A DNA stretch of 64,000 nucleotides from contig NW_002060945.1 in NCBI RefSeq assembly GCF_000150275.1, forward strand, positions 9,564,011 to 9,628,010, written 5' to 3'. How positions within the stretch are numbered: the stretch's first letter is position 1; every line of letters begins with the position of its first letter. Below are positions 60,657 to 64,000 of this stretch, piece by piece. The position numbers and the translations under genes were made by a program. The notes beneath the pieces are model-generated. The model was not told the DNA's origin. It worked only from the letters and a program-made list of their open reading frames with translations, and did not search any database. The DNA comes from Trichoplax adhaerens (lineage: Eukaryota > Animalia > Placozoa).

Positions 60657-63600
60657 ATGAAAATAACAGTTATTTTCGGTGAAATTCGTATCTTGGTGCC
60701 ATGCAGTAGTGGTGACCTTCGAATTTCTGATTTAATTAAAAAAGCTGTGGATCGATATAGGAAAGTGACCAAAAAGGTAAATTAAGAAAAGTTTCTTTAG
60801 CTCTTTAATTTATTCAGACCCTTAAATTTATCCGAGAGCCATTTTTTTTAGCAAGGTGTTTAATATTGCAAAAAATAACTTCGATATGGCTAGAAAAAGT
60901 AATTAACACATGTAAATAACGCCAATGTGATCAATAGCGTTACCAAACTTTGACTTTAAAGTTGATGGGCATACTGTTTTTTCTTTAATATTACGCTCAC
61001 ATACAACATTGACAATATCAATATACATATACGCTGTTTTGTTATCCTACTTAATTATTAGTTGCAAAATTTAACGCTAAGCTATTTGAGAACTGTCATG
61101 GTCTAAATTAATGGCACGATGATTAAACTATCAGGCCTATCACTGTATAGTATATGCAGTTTAAATACTAATACGGTAATGAATTTGTTTAGTCGGGTTA
61201 AAACGCCGCTTAGCAACTTTTAGTATAGTAACATGTCAATCTTCTATCAGCGTCAAGACAAGTTAAGATTACCACTAAACGAAAGATTTTTTATCATTTT
61301 CTTAAGTGTTTAATATAATACGATGAATTAGAAAAACGAATTCTTCAATATCTACTCCATCTACATTATAGTTGTAAATTTGAGATAAAATTCATGAAAA
61401 ATCTATATTCTAGTATACAGTACAGAAGTTCAATTACTTCTTTATTGTAATGGTCTTAAGTAACTGCAGATTCCAAAAAAAATAATTGATACTGTGAAAA
61501 GTAATAGAAAAATACCTACAAATTAATGTGGTTCGCCTATAATAATTATTACACAAACTATGTAAAGCGTAATTTAAAAAAAAACTACAGTACACATATA
61601 CGTATACTTAGGCGATAGTATCGATAAGGGCAGACTTTAGGCGTAAATTCTCACCCCAGGGTACACCGATTCTATAGATAGATCAGTGTTATAGTGGATT
61701 TGTCTTAATGAAAAGATTGCAACAAATTCTTTTCGTAAATTGGTATAACGGTAATGGCTCAAATACAACCATAGAGTAGTCTAAATTAAAATCAAAGATC
61801 ATAACATCATTGCCATCACTAATGATCTATTCCTTTGAATTATTTCCTTTCCTATCTTATCATCTGATAGTGTTTAAGTAATTTAAATTCTTTCAATAAC
61901 AAGAGTATGTTAATACCTCAATAAACGTTTTGTCAACAAAGTAAAATTAAGATATCATTGAAATCAATTATTACTAATATAGTCGATTGAAATAACTTTG
62001 GAGTACTTGTCAAACGCTCCACTAGGGTAATCATGCACAATCAATATCCTTTAAATTATCTTAATAAGCTTATGTAATATAAGAGTACTACCATATGAAA
62101 ATTAATTCTAAATTAAAACTGTTCCCTCTGTTCTTAGCACACTAGCTACATTACAATTCGATCGTAGTGATCAAAAAAGAATTTATACTATCAACCAGCA
62201 GTGAATTAACCGTCTAAAAAAAATAAACGTAAATGATTTACACCATATAACTGTATCAACATCTGTTTAACTGAGTGAAAGCTTTCTTTCTAACTTAATT
62301 GTAAGTAAAAATAAGGCTCTTGACTACTGGATTGTTATTCTTGAATAATAACGGTCATACACGATACATAGTGAATTCTTCAGTTATTAAATTATTTTAT
62401 AATTGACTATCTTAATCGTTTAGAATAAGTTGGTAAAGATAATATTGATTGTTAACAACTGCTAGTTGAAAATAGTACCTACATAATCAATTATTGTTAT
62501 CATGTATATACTGTTCCTTTATAGATCAATTAGAAGAATAGACTATCCCATTGCTCCTGATCATATTGTTCTTTGACTTTCTTTTTAATCTTGTTGCCAT
62601 CTTTTGCTTGATAGAATATTTTCAAATTTTCCCACCTGAGTTCATAATTGGAATCAATAGTTAATAAATAGATTAAATAGAGATAGATATGTCCTACTGT
62701 CATGCTATCATTACATATTTTCCCCTTATGTAATACCAATCAATCATTTATCAAATTAAATGCACTCTCTAAATTTATTAGATTCTAATGCCTCATACCT
62801 GAATAATTAATTGATTTAGTTTTACTTTAACTATGATACAAAAAAGCTCACAGTGATATAACATGGCAATATCGTCTACATGATGTGAAAAATAGATTAT
62901 TAAATATCTATAAAATTTATGGGAAAAAATGATGTTTATTAAATAGAAATGATTGTGCTATTTATTAACAAAGATATTACGAAATCTTATGTTTGTATTG
63001 ATAGATTTTAAAAGTATGTATAGATTAACGATCGTTATAAAAGAGAATGTAATTGCTAGTTTATATAGTCTACCAAGTATTGTCACAGTGCCTTGCAGAT
63101 GTGTGGTACAACACCGTTTGGCCTGTAATAGCTACTAGGAAAGTTAAAATGTGTCTCCATTATAGCTTATCTTCAAATATATCATCTATCGATAAAGCTA
63201 AAGATCTTATCACATCTCTAGAATATAGAAATCAAACAAAAACCTATTTGAATACTTGATTAACATCGTATTCTCAACATATTCTTTCAATCTATTAGAG
63301 ATAAATTAATACAGCATAATATTTTGGGGGGAATAAATTTAAAATTTTAATTAAAGCTAATTTATAAAGTTACTAATACCAGAAAATAGCCGTTGAATCT
63401 TCTTATATTAATAGAGTCAGGTTAGATAATATTCTTACCAGACTACATTCTATTATATTAGTAAGGATTATTATTTAGTATGTCTTTAAAAAGTTAAATA
63501 TTAGTATTTATATCTTTTAGGTTAAGCATATAATTTACTCACTGTATTGGATGAGTGCTGTTTATTCATGCGTATACTGATGCAACATTTACTTTCAAAT

Positions 63601-63934
63601 CGCCATTTATCCTTGCTTTTGAAAGGATATCTCTCCCTTTCTTTGAATTAATAGATAATATGATGGATGAGTGCTGTTTATTCATGCATATACTAATGCA
63701 ACATTTACTTTCAAATCGTCATTTACCCTTGCTTTGGAAAGGATATCTCTCCCTTTCTCTGAATTAATAGATAATATAATAATATTTTATCATATTAATG
63801 ATGACTATTTACGCATTCTAATTTTCTAGCTACCTGGTGAAGGTGTTTATGTAAGATCAGTAGAAGATGCAAAAGATCACGCTATCTTAGATGATGATGA
63901 TCTAGTTAACGAAGTCTTGGACGATCGTGATATG
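60657..63934 (+). CDS. PARD3: Partitioning defective 3 (PAR-3/Bazooka), first two coding exons (N-terminal oligomerisation domain); gene continues off the right edge
   Basis: Exon 60657-60776 MKITVIFGEIRILVPCSSGDLRISDLIKKAVDRYRKVTKK|gtaaat and exon 63830-63934 LPGEGVYVRSVEDAKDHAILDDDDLVNEVLDDRDM|gtaatt; cf. human MKVTVCFGRTRVVVPC..AVTRYRK..GILDLDDILCDVADDKD. Both are too short for the ORF track. Confidence 0.9.
63548..63777 (+). repeat. Recent tandem duplication, 2 x 116 bp, in a PAR-3 intron
   Basis: tggatgagtgctgtttattcatgc...gaattaatagataatat at 63548 and 63664, with ~6 substitutions. Confidence 0.95.
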
Positions 63935-64000
63935 GTAATTGCAGCTAGTTTGCTAATTATATTTCATATCAACCACTGTCGTAATACTTGATAAGCTTTA

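Overview
AT-rich, gene-dense eukaryotic (animal) genomic DNA with many short spliceosomal introns. The style suggests a compact basal-metazoan genome such as a placozoan (Trichoplax-like); this is inference, not verified. Manual exon reconstruction supports 12 protein-coding genes: EFTUD2/Snu114 (-, runs off the left edge), a grancalcin/sorcin penta-EF-hand gene (+), TTLL4 (-), SH3BP5-like (+), SNAP47 (-), an orphan multi-TM gene (+), PYM1 (-, intronless CDS), CUL2-like (+, U12-type first intron), ACBP/DBI (+), SNAPC1 (-), SEC61 alpha (-, intronless) and the first two coding exons of PAR-3 (+). There is also an orphan duplicate ACBP last exon. Most genes sit in head-to-head pairs whose intergenic regions carry dense TACAG/CTGTA clusters. 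The most unusual signal is a dispersed family of inverted-repeat elements with CCATRGACTAC...GTAGTCYATGG ends: a ~394-bp MITE, several 41-48-bp mini-hairpins, and a 7-unit GC-shifted hairpin array with a 32-bp perfect fold-back. Most copies lie in or next to promoters. A decayed ORF with a triplicated segment and a 73-bp palindrome lies upstream of SNAPC1. No rRNA, tRNA, CRISPR array or intact transposase was recognised.
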